A DNA stretch of 63,838 nucleotides, the filler included, from Octopus bimaculoides (lineage: Eukaryota): the NCBI RefSeq assembly GCF_001194135.2. It is 4 parts of 4 records of this genome, joined end to end, with 100 filler letters (N's around TTAATTAATTAA, not from the genome) between each part and the next. Parts side by side here need not be neighbours in the genome. Positions count along the whole stretch, not along the records: positions 23,089 to 48,370 come from NC_068982.1; 3 more parts are not named here. The stretch is one strand, 5' to 3'. The notes below the pieces were generated by a model that saw nothing but the letters and a program-made list of their open reading frames with translations, was not told the DNA's origin and did no database searches. Position numbers and translations under genes: made by a program. This document shows positions 23,335 to 35,991 of this stretch, in pieces. The stretch's first letter is position 1. The number at the start of each line of letters is the position of its first letter.

Positions 23335-23775
23335 ATTTTTTACCTTTTACTTGCTTCAGCAATTTGACTGCGGCCATCCCGGGGCACCGCCTTGAAGAAT
23401 TCTAGTCGAACAAATCGACCCCATAACTTATATATTTTTTTAAAGCCTAGTACTTATTCTATCAGTCTTTTTTTGCCGAGCTAAGTTACGGCGACGTAAA
23501 CACACTAGCACCGGTTTTCAAGCGGGAGCAAACACAGAGACAAAGACTCACACATACACATAGATATAAAAATATACACACAAACATAAATACACACACA
23601 CACACGCATATATGCAACGGGCTTCTTTCAGTTTCCGTCCACCAAATCTTCTCACACGGCTTAAGTCGGCACGAGGCTATAGCAGAAAATACTTTCCAAG
23701 GTGCGACGGAGAGAGACTGAACCCGGACCCATGTGGTTGGGAAGCAAGCTTCTTGCTACACAGCTACACCTGTGC
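23335..23775 (-). mobile_element. SINE family D, near full length, tail-to-tail with family A
   Basis: Colinear with 8837-9246. Confidence 0.8.
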
Positions 23776-25994
23776 CATATGGTCTCAGAACATAAATTGA
23801 AGTAACTATATTACCACAAGTTACTTTGTTCACTGCTTTCTAATTCTGCCAATCAACCGAGAAAGAGTGAGCCGCTATGTGGTCGCAAGCTCTGCTAGAA
23901 ATAACAGGTGAATCTCTATCATATTACACTCTGCTGTCAAAAATTGGAACAAATACAATAGAAAATGTACCAGTCATGTGCTGGAGTTGTTTCTTTTATT
24001 TCTCTCACTATCTTCAGTTGCACGCCCGCGTCTGTCAGTCTGTCTGTCTGTCGATCTGTATGTCTTTCTCTATGCATGACTTTCTATCTGTCTGTCTACG
24101 TTTCTGGAAGAATTCGGTCTATCCTGAGAGTAGGATAGACACCTGTAGGTCTATAAGTGCCCAATACATGGTGTATGTATACGTATGTATACACATAAAT
24201 ATACGTATGTATATACATGCATGCATTCTTACATCAAAACCATCCATATGTGCATGCATTTAGTCTACTTATCTTCTTCCTTTTGTACCTATGTAGGTAC
24301 AATACATACAAACACACACACATATACATACATACATACATACATACATGATGTGCAGCGGCCCCAAAATGTCAATACCTTTCAATACAGTACGATGATG
24401 TTGCTAAAATAATATACAATGCTATCTGTAAGGAAGGAAGGCAGAGGTATAGATATATAGAAAATTATTCTGTTGTTGCGCACATACATACATATCCACA
24501 CAAGAAATATTAGGGGAACATTCCCTTCAAAACTTCTGCCAAGTGCAGAGATAACAAGATAACAAGCCTGGTATAGTTGTTTGGGATAGAAAGGAAAAAT
24601 CATGTACAGTTATGAAGGTCAACAGCCTAACAGATGCGAGCATTTGTCTCAAAAGCAGGGAGAAAGAGGATACGCACACACGCACGCGCGCACACACACA
24701 CACACATATAGAGGCGTCTCTTCCCAGGTTATAAATTCAGCTTTATCTTTTATCTTTTAATTGTTTGTCTGCAGCCATACTGGAGCACCGCCTTGAAAGG
24801 TTTTAGTCGAACAAATCGACCTCAAAGCTTACTCTTTTATTTTTTTGACTGCGACCATGCTGGAGCACCGCCCCATGCTTATATTATTATTTTTTTTGTT
24901 TTAAGTCTGGTACTTATTCTAGCTAACTCTCTTGTCGAACCGCTAAGTTATGGGAACGTAAACAAACCATCCATATACGTAATCACACAAACTCTCTCTC
25001 TCTCTCATACACACACACTCACACACACACACACACACACATTCACACACATACATCCGTATACGTGCGTGTATGTCTGCGTATAGTATTGGGACAAAGA
25101 AAGTATACATGAAAAATTTGATGCCTTTGGTAAAAACTGTTAGATCTGAGAATACCGGGATATCTAAGTTTTTGGAAAAGACATTTTGGTAGGCTCCCGG
25201 TAATTCGCTTGCAACTCTGTTAGCTGGCGTATGATCATTGAGCTACCACTCACTGTCCTGTATGGCTGTATTTGGGTTGCCGCAAAAAGTTTCATAACTG
25301 ATCTCTCTGCCCATCTTTACTATGCTAATTGCAACGACCATGACCACGATGGCTACCAGAAACACTGTACCTTCGTTGTGTCGACAGATACATTGTGACC
25401 TGGTACTGCGTCTCTGGATTGGGTCGAGTAGCCCTGCCATTATTCAGGGTTGCATATCCGGCATCCGCTGTCAACAAATTCATATGATAAGCACTTTTGC
25501 AATACTTGTTAATGGCGAGCTGGCAGAATTGTGAGCACGCCAAGCAAAATACTTAGAGGCATTTTGTCTGTCTTTACATTCTGAGTTCAAATTCCGCCTA
25601 GGTTAACTTTGCCTTTTATCCTTTCGGGGTCAATAAGACAAGTATCAGTTGAGCTCTCGGGTCGATGTAATCGACTTACCCACTCCCCCGATATTGCTGG
25701 CCTTGTGCCGAAATTTGAAACCAAATATGACAACGGTATGAACCGTTGATTAGTTAGAAATGTGATGCCATAGGCATGTTAATTGACGAAGCAGGCACAT
25801 TTATTGGTCTGAAAGATGATGACTTAGGAACATTTCTTGACACCACTGCACCGTGGGTGGATGCATGGGCTGTTACGTGAGTTGATTATTTCGAAGGATG
25901 ATCACTGTTGACGCCATCTTGTCTAGCGTTAGAGATAACTGACAAAAGAAGAGTACCAGTTTGTGGGACCATATTCGAGCACGGGGTGCCACGA

Positions 25995-26029
<35 letters not shown>

Positions 26030-27302
26030 CATATCAGCACCGGGTATACTCTACATGAATATTTATTTTTCAAACTATTTGATTCGTGTTTGTTGATATG
26101 ATTTATATCTCTGTATATGAATTTAATAACGTCTAAACTTCGTTTCATATACTCGCGACGCTTACGAGTTGGAATCTGAGGCGTGATTAAGGTTATGAAA
26201 GCTCCTTTCAAAGGTTCCCTGCGTGCTCTAGAAACTATTAATATTTTTTTAACTAATAACAATCTTAATAATGGAACTATTTTTAGTCAGTAGTTATTTT
26301 ATAGTTCTATATTAAAAATATTCAGGAACGTTTATAAGAAAACATTGACAACATAAGACATCAATGTTTGTTTCAAAGGGAAATAAAACTGTTGAGATAT
26401 AATCCCCTCCCCCGCTCTTCAACGTAGTCTATATTTCACAATTTTCAATATTCTATCTCCCCCAATGCCTTAGAAAAATAAAGAAACTAATATGAAGAGT
26501 AAGGATCCTCATCTTTCTCTGTGTTCGCAGTAACTTACCACCGCCTCCTTTTCTACAGAATAACTGCTGAGAATAAATACATGCACGGCATGATTATCTG
26601 GCAGTGAAGTTGTCGCCTGCTGAGTGCAAAACAAATAAGAGCTGTTCCGGAAAACTAGCATACGTGATATAATCCCACCATCGTCCCCTCAATAAAAAAA
26701 AAAAAACCTAAAAAAAAAAAGAAGAAAAATAAAACGATAACAAAAATCAAAAGCAAGCTGGATATGATCAGAGGAGAGAATAAAATTGATAATGTATAGC
26801 CTTTTGTGATTTAGGAGAGATCAGAGAATACTATAGGAATGAGGTGAGATTAATTCCTAATTCGTGTCGATTCTCGGCTTCAGTTTTAATATATTTGGGA
26901 AAAACATAAATACCACGATATTTTCTTTTTCCTCTCATATAAAATAATGGTTTCTAGCTGCTGTATCAGAAAAATTATTATTATTAAGTTTAGTAAAGAT
27001 CAATAGATTAGCAGAATTTATGGAACAACAGATAAAATGCTTTGCAGTGTTTAGTTACGTTTCTGTCTAATGACTTTAAATCTTGCTGGGAACGGGCTAC
27101 TTGTCTTTCACCCTCCTGGGGTTGATAAAACAAAAAGTGCCGGTGAAGTACTGGAGTCGCTTCATTATTTCTAACCCTGTGCCTACATCAGGGATAGTTA
27201 GTACGCCTGACTTAAAATACATATATATATATATTTATATGAATACATGTATATACATACACGCGTGCGCGCGCACACTCACTCACATACAGACACAGGT
27301 TC

Positions 27303-27340
<38 letters not shown>

Positions 27341-27425
27341 GCTTGCTCTTATGTCAGGTTATATATAAAGACAATTTGATATTAATTTGAAAGATTACTC
27401 AATAAATTTTTGAAGAGTACATGAT

Positions 27426-27558
27426 TATCAAACTTTTACCAGAAGACAAGGGACAGTGACTTTGAAGTTTTGGATTATTAGCTTTCAAAAGTTAGACGAA
27501 GGCTAACAAGCTAAAACTTCGAAGTCACTGTCATCCTTCTTCTAGTAAAAGTTTAATA
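27426..27558. repeat. 133-bp imperfect inverted repeat (long hairpin)
   Basis: Arms of about 60 bp (AAACTTTTACCAGAAG..GACAGTGACTTTGAAGTTTT and AAAACTTCGAAGTCACTGTC..CTTCTAGTAAAAGTTT) around a loop of about 11 nt. Confidence 0.85.
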
Positions 27559-28289
27559 TATGTATGTGTGAGTGCATATGTATGTGTCTATGTATGTGTG
27601 TGAATGTGTGTGTGTGGGTTCGTGTGTGCGCGCACGTATGTGTGTTTATATTCTGAGGGATTTTACCTTCTAACAAGATTGATAACAGCATTCTGGATAT
27701 TTCATTGGACCTTCATATAAACACTTCAAGTGTGCAAAGGCGAACATAAACTTGAAGTTTCAAGCAGAATCGAAGTATCGACAGATTTTGCTTCAGTAAA
27801 ATAGGAAGAAGCACATTCTTAATATCGATCTAATAACTAATATAATAGGGTCAATATTATATAATATATACATCAGACAAATGTTCAAAACTGAGAACCA
27901 AGTTTCACACTCTAAAAGTCAAGAACTCAAGAAATAAGTCCAATATAATGATATTCCACGTAACTCCAGAGTAGCTGGGCACATTATGGGCCTTAACGGG
28001 ACTCAGGAGGGAAATAGTAATCACAGTGCTGGAGGAGCAATTTGTTTTTCTTGGTGGTCTTTCTTTTGGTACATTTCTTTAGAATAGCAGTTCTCGACAA
28101 TTTATTATCACGCCCAGTTTTTGGCAAATCAATTATCCTTTTAAATAAAATTTTAAAACTATTGAATAAAAAGCAATTTTCCAGAAATTTGCTTGGAGAG
28201 ATATTCCTTAGTTTTTGTTATCAATAAATGTTGTACTCCTATGCTTCAATTATATAACACGTCCATGAACATTTTGCATTTTATCAACT

Positions 28290-28950
28290 ATTTCAAGGTT
28301 ATATTCTACTACAGAATATATCTATAAATTGTTAGCCAATACTATATGTAATAAAGAGATGCAAATACTTTGTTTTTATAAATGGTAATTTCGTGATCAG
28401 AAAAAGAGCTCTCTACTGAATTAATTTCAGTCTTGTGTTGGGTATTCATTAGCAATTGTGCACTCTCTTTAACTGTTCAGCAAGATACTGCTTATAACCC
28501 CACTATTACTAAGGTTTTCCGGAAATCGAATTGATATATTTGCATATACAACGCATAATGTTGGCAGTTAGTTTGATTAATAAAATCACTGATGCGTTAG
28601 CAGTATTGTGTTTCAATGCTATACTGTACTACAAAATCTAACTATAATTTTTCCCCATATACAGAATCTATAAACAGACGTAAACTCCGTTTCTTTATAT
28701 ATAGTCATTCTAAATATACAGTTTTGGCTTCATATACAATTTGCTTATACGTATAACGTTGATTAAAAATCCGTACTACAGAATATAATCGCAGATTTGT
28801 TACCAACACCATGTCTATAAACAGATGTAAACACCTGGTTTTTATACGCAATCTTTCTAAACATATATTGTCTTTATATACACTTTGTCTAGATATACAG
28901 TGTTAGCTAAGATAAAAATCTACAGAATATTCTGTACTACAAGTTCAACG
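28290..28950. repeat. Diverged tandem repeat, about 147-bp period
   Basis: TCTATAAACAGAYGTAAAC at 28667 and 28814; TACTACAGAATAT-like motifs recur. Confidence 0.5.
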
Positions 28951-29100
28951 TTGAAATACCACACTGTTAACGCGTCAGAAATTTAATATATCAATAGCAA
29001 AAGTGCTTCGTTTTCGCGGCTCTTTAAGACTTATAGCGCAACCATAAGAGGAGGACGGCGGCTCACTTGGATGACTTTTGCTGTTGGTGTTTGCAAAAGA

Positions 29101-29164
<64 letters not shown>

Positions 29165-30005
29165 GTGTGTGTGTGCGTGTGTGTACGTGTATGTATGTAT
29201 GTATGTAGTTACAAGCTTATATCAGAAACTTTTGTTAAATGTTTCGTGCAGTCAACCTCTCTATCGCATACATATCACAAAGTATTCTTCGCACTGTATA
29301 ATGAAATGGTGTATTTACATTTGTTTGTTTGTATGTGTATGTATTTGTAAGTGTGTATGTGTGCGTGTTCGTGCGCACGTGTGATGCTGTTCATTCAAAT
29401 TTCGTTCACAAAATATCGGAACAATAAATTGTTTTATGGTCATAAATTATCATATGTGATTCTAGACTTGGGATAAATTATCATATGTCGCTCTCCAGAC
29501 TTATCACCAACACGGTACATAATTGATAGCTCGTAGACACATTCCATGCCGATGATGTGTTCACAAGTCCACTGACATCAATGCATATACATTATAAATG
29601 AATATTTATATGTATTTTACACTCCACCATACACGTGTACGAGGGTGTATGTAAGTATACATGTATTCATGTGCTAACTTTCCAAATACATCAGCTCCAT
29701 CTATATTGATGAGCTCACGTGTCGATCGTGGCTGCTTCTGATTTGTCCCGCCAAGACGTTTTGTATAGCTTAGGACCGTATTGTTTAATGCCCCTCTCCT
29801 TTTTTAGAGACAGCAGAGTGTTATTTGATGGCGATTTGGGTTACTGTCCCTGACACGTTGAGCGATTTCGAAGAGGTACTCTCATTGGCTCGTCTCATCC
29901 CGATTCTAAGTATGAGTGTTGCAGTATCCAATCAACGGAACCACCTTACTCATCGTAAGATGGGTATGTGTGTGTGTGTGTGTATACATATATATATATA
30001 TGTAT

Positions 30006-30038
<33 letters not shown>

Positions 30039-30044
30039 CACACA

Positions 30045-30078
<34 letters not shown>

Positions 30079-33000
30079 NNNNNNNNNNNNNNNNNNNNNN
30101 NNNNNNNNNNNNNNNNNNNNNNNNNNNNNNNNNNNNNNNNNNNNNNNNNNNNNNNNNNNNNNNNNNNNNNNNNNNNNNNNNNNNNNNNNNNNNNNNNNNN
30201 NNNNNNNNNNNNNNNNNNNNNNNNNNNNNNNNNNNNNNNNNNNNNNNNNNNNNNNNNNNNNNNNNNNNNNNNNNNNNNNNNNNNNNNNNNNNNNNNNNNN
30301 NNNNNNNNNNNNNNNNNNNNNNNNNNNNNNNNNNNNNNNNNNNNNNNNNNNNNNNNNNNNNNNNNNNNNNNNNNNNNNNNNNNNNNNNNNNNNNNNNNNN
30401 NNNNNNNNNNNNNNNNNNNNNNNNNNNNNNNNNNNNNNNNNNNNNNNNNNNNNNNNNNNNNNNNNNNNNNNNNNNNNNNNNNNNNNNNNNNTATATATAT
30501 ATATATATATATATACATATTCATACATACATATATACATACATATATATATATACATATATATATACATACATATATACATACATATATATATACATGC
30601 ATACATATATATATACATACACACACATATATACATACATATATATAAAGATACATATATGTGTGTGTGTGTGTGTGTGTATAAATTATGTATATGCATA
30701 TGTACGTGTGTAGGGTACATACAGTTGTATTCTAATATAATTTTTAAGCAGATTGAGTAGCAAAGGCGCGAGTGTTCGTATTACAATTTGAAATGCATCA
30801 TTTCTCCAAGGAAAATTTCCCTAAGTTACTTGGAATCCTGTAACTGCAAAGCGATCCATCCATCGTCCATATATTATCTGGCTAAATTTACGAACCAACA
30901 AGGAAGCGTGTACGTGACTACTACCCTTACTAGCAGAAGAAATGAAATTTGCCTCAGATTCTAACCCCATAACATTTGGAAATAAAAAGACGTACTTAAT
31001 AATATAGTTCTAAAAATAAGACGAGTGGCCACGGTTGGAGCGCTTTTGACTATATGTCTTCTTGACTAGGATTGACATAGGGCCGTGGAAGAAAAGTGGG
31101 ATGATAATGGGGGTGACCATAATGGGGTGATAGATGTAAAATTAAAATATTAATACATTAATTAGGTTTAAGCTCTTTTTGTGAAATACAGTTGTTTTGA
31201 ATTTTCTGCAGAAAGTGGCCTATATTTGTGGTGGGGAGGATGAGGAGGGCGCTAGGAATGTGGCTAGGGTGTCGGGGTGGGTTGGGATTGGGGGCACAGC
31301 CTGAAAAAGTTTGGGAACTTCTGTTTTACAGGATGGACTTGTTAACCGTTGTCAGCTGTGGCAATATTTAAAACTGACCTGTATAGGATCGTTTGTAATA
31401 CTCAGTTCAACACTAGCCGAGAGTACTGTAAGGTAAACAATTGGATCCTAGAGGTTTCATCAGTAACTGAAAGGGATCGATCATTCATTGATTGATACTT
31501 TGATCAGTAAAAGTCAAGAAATTTGATTCGATAATCTNNNNNNNNNNNNNNNNNNNNNNNNNNNNNNNNNNNNNNNNNNNNNNNNNNNNNNNNNNNNNNN
31601 NNNNNNNNNNNNNNNNNNNNNNNNNNNNNNNNNNNNNNNNNNNNNNNNNNNNNNNNNNNNNNNNNNNNNNNNNNNNNNNNNNNNNNNNNNNNNNNNNNNN
31701 NNNNNNNNNNNNNNNNNNNNNNNNNNNNNNNNNNNNNNNNNNNNNNNNNNNNNNNNNNNNNNNNNNNNNNNNNNNNNNNNNNNNNNNNNNNNNNNNNNNN
31801 NNNNNNNNNNNNNNNNNNNNNNNNNNNNNNNNNNNNNNNNNNNNNNNNNNNNNNNNNNNNNNNNNNNNNNNNNNNNNNNNNNNNNNNNNNNNNNNNNNNN
31901 NNNNNNNNNNNNNNNNNNNNNNNNNNNNNNNNNNNNNNNNNNNNNNNNNNNNNNNNNNATAACAAATGAAAGACAGAAGCTGGAATATACGAGAATATAT
32001 TATTAATCACAACAATTGTTTCGACACATCTAGCATTGACTCCTCTTGTGGGACACACAAAAACTAGTTCAGGAGTATCCGGTGGTGCAGACGTATCTCG
32101 TTGGGTGATGAATAAATAAAAAAAATCTCGTTAAAATGACTGTTCCATAATGCAACTTCCCGTTTTGTAGAGAGAAAAACAGCCAGAGAAAGGAAAATTC
32201 TTCATATATATAGAAGATCCAAAAATAAAATTGCAGAAGACAAAAAGAGAAACGAACACTTAATCCAGCGAGAAAAGTATTGAAAAAATATATATATATA
32301 AAATTAGAGTCCTTCACGTTCAGAATTCAAATTACACCTAGGTCAACATTGCCTTTCATCTTTTCAGGGTCAATAGAAATAATACCAGTCAAATACTGTG
32401 GTTGATATAATTGATTAACACCCAACCCTTTTAGCCTTGTGCAAAAATTTGGAACCATTATTCAAGGCATTTCGTTTTGAATACATTAGTAAAATACCCT
32501 CATGTTAATGACAGTAAATTACCATATTTAATAGCAGAAAGATGATCCAAATATCACGTCGGATCCTATACTCGAAGTTGGGCCTATATTACATGTTTTA
32601 ATACACTAAAAACTTCTTTTTTCTGAATTGGCGTTGCTGAAGTTGGGGCACATTTAATATGTGCATTTGTCTTTCATGCCATCAAATACGGCACTACAAA
32701 TCATGAAGCCATTCGCAGGTAATAACCTATTTAAGAGAGCGTTACGTTGAAGGTGTAGAACTCTCTGTTTCAGTCAAAGGTTTCACTATGTTGATATAGT
32801 TCTGTTTTATTCTTTGAGCTATTACTAATCAAAATTTCTATAGTTTGACTTGTCTTAACCTACATTCCTTCCAAATTTAGAAATAGCGGGCAGAATTGTT
32901 AGCACTCCTGGCAAAATGCTTAGCGACATTTCGTCCGTCTTTACGTTCTGAGTTCAAATTCCGCCGAGGTCGAATTTGTCTTTCATCCTTTCAGGGATAA

Positions 33001-35767
33001 AAAAAAGTACTAGTTGAGCACTCGTGTCGATTTAAACGTCTTCTTCCTCCCCCGAAATTGCTGGCCTCGTGCCAAACTTTGGAACCCATTATCATCATTA
33101 TCGTTATTATATGAAAGAAAAAATCGAATTACGTGTACTCAGTGTTTTGTCAGATTGTTTGATACGAAACCTTTTAATATGCTTTAGTTGCAATATGCTT
33201 TAATTGTTTACACATAATGCAATAACGCATTGAAATTGATTTTTTGTGTCTTGGAATTTGTTTTGCAACGCACATTAAAAATCAATAAAATGAATTATAT
33301 AAATTAGAAAGCAAACAGAAAACGAAACGTCTACCGTCTTTAAACGAAGGAATGTTATGCAAAATAATGGAAGTTATTAGACTGCAGGAAGTAGTGTATG
33401 ATATTCTATAGAAAATATTGCGTGAGATAACAATAGCTGTTTAAGATGTACTATCATAATGAAGAATATGATGAAGTAAGATATTCATCTACATAAATTT
33501 TGTTTATGTGGGTGACGTCTAATCAACGAGTGGTGACTTTGAGGGGAGGAAAAACATAATTTAAAAAAAAAATTAAAAAGAATGTATAATATTAAGAAAG
33601 ACGGTTATTGTCCCGGTGGAAACATTTTTCAGAAGTCCTTTGTCTCCTATAGCTTTTATAATGGAAATGACATGAAAGATCTAGAGAAGAGGCAGCGGTT
33701 AGGTGTAAAATTAAAGTTTTCATCAATAAAATTAACTGCACCATTAAAGTGAATAGAAAATGTGCCACCTGGTTCAGTTCATCGACAAGTTATCGTCGTG
33801 CTGTCGCACCCTCCAGAAATTTGCAGTAATTCATGCTAAACCATTAACAACCCAAACATCGTCTAAGAATCGATAATTTCTTCATTTAAGAAAGAAGTAA
33901 AAGATGTCATGGAACCTTCCCTTCCTTCCCCTCACTGACTGATTTCTTAAGGAAGCACAATTTTCCATATTTATTGACGAAAACAAATGAGAATACACAA
34001 CATCCATGCTTTTCTCAAGAGACTTAGTGATGGAAAAGAAGTGAAATGGTTACAACCTGAAATTGAGATGCAGCTGTGAATTCAGTTCTCCAGTAAATTA
34101 CCTCAAGCCTACGTGTTCATAGCACCTCTTTGACTAAATGTAATAAACAGACGGACCATTGTTGGAATGAAAGACTATTTGAAATGAACTATAAAGTTGG
34201 AACTATAAGCTATAAATATAAACTGTAAGCTACAAAGAATTACGATGATAGAACTATGTTGGTGGAATTATAAGCTATAAATATAAACTGTATAAGGCGG
34301 TGAGCTGGCAGAATCATTGGACAAAATACTTAACGGTATTTCTTCCTGCTCTTTACGTTCTGAGTTCAAATTCCACCGAAGCTTACATTACTTTTCATCC
34401 CTTCGGGATTGATAAAATAAAGCACTAGTCAATGGGGGTCAATGTAGTCGGTTTGCCCCTCCCGTCAAAATTGCTGGCCTTAAACCCTGCAAAGGATCGG
34501 CGCCCCATTCAGGGGAAATGTTGTGATCTCGGTCATTTATAAGCTATGGAAACTGGGCAACCGGCTTTATGAGCCCTAGGAGGACCCCAGAAATAAAAAA
34601 AAAAGAAAATTAAAAGGTGTAGAAAGTTTTGGCTTCAGAGAAATATGGACTAGAGAAACGATGTATTGACTGACACATTTGTATTAATTCTTTAATCTTG
34701 TAAATTCTGTGAACAGCTACCTCTTTTTCTTTTAAAGTGGGTCTGTATTAAACAAAACCCGTTGTACTGCCAGACAAATAAATGGCATAAAGTTGTTCTA
34801 CCACTTTGTTTTGCAATCATAAAAAAACTCAGAATTTATGAAACCACTTCTATCGGAGTTCTATCTGGAGAGTGTTTTGTTTGCAATGTCAATATTTAGT
34901 AAGTGTTTATCAACAGTTTTCATTAGAATGTTATTGGAAGAAATATGGCTGGAGGAAAAAAAAAAAAAAAAAAGTTTTTTTTCTAAATCCAAAATCCACA
35001 TCCAAGCATTTGGCGAAGGAGAGATGGAGAATGCGTGAGAGTAAGATAGACAGATAGAGATAGAGAGATATAGAGATAGATAGATAGATAAATAGAGAGA
35101 GAGATAGCGAGAGAGAAAAGGAAGTGAGAAAGCGAGGATGGAGAGGTCAGGAGATGTGGGTTGTAGGGAGATAAATAGACAAAAGGCAGGGAGTGAGAGA
35201 TGGTGGGAGAAAGGGAACGAGAAAAGTGAGAGAGGGAGACAGATAAACAGGAAGAGAGTTAAAGATAGAAAGAGTAAGAGGGATAAAGTGGAAGCAAGAG
35301 AGACAGGGAATGTGTGAGAAAGAGAAAGAGAAAGAGAGAGAGAAAGAGAGAGAGAGCGTTTGAAAGAGAGAGAAGCAGAGCGTATGTATGTCTATTGTGT
35401 GTGTGTCAGTGGTGGGGATGCGTATGTGTCTAAACCAGACCTTAATTCTACTGATGGTAATAATATCGATTGCTGCTGTCGCTGCTCTTGTTGCTGTGGT
35501 AGTAAATATAATTACGGTTGTAGTTAATATCATTAATTTTGCTGGCTGTGTTTGTTGTTGCAGTTGTTCTATTTAAGCAGACCTGTGATGAAAAACTGTT
35601 CAATGTGCAGCCATCCCATTTTTTAAAAATCTTATTTTACTTTTTTCTTTTTTGCTAGCAAACTGTATCTTGGATTGGTGCTATTCATTAGGTCTTTTCT
35701 TTTATGAAGCAGTAACGTGTGATTTGAAGTAGATTTTGTTGCTGTTTCTACTAGTAATTATTTAGTT

Positions 35768-35991
35768 ATTTCTTTATTGTCCACAAGGGGCTAAACATAG
35801 AGGGGACAAACAAGGACAGACAACGGGATTAAGTTGATTATATCAACCCCAGTGCGTAACTGATACTTATTTAATCGACCCTGAAAGGATGAAAGGTAAA
35901 GTCTACCTCGGCGGAATTTGAACTCAGAACGTAACGGCAGACGAAATACCGCTGAGCATTTCGCCCGGCGTGCTAACGATTCTGCCAGCTC
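35768..35991 (-). mobile_element. SINE family B, long-tail variant
   Basis: Reverse complement of the copy at 46618-46847. Confidence 0.85.
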
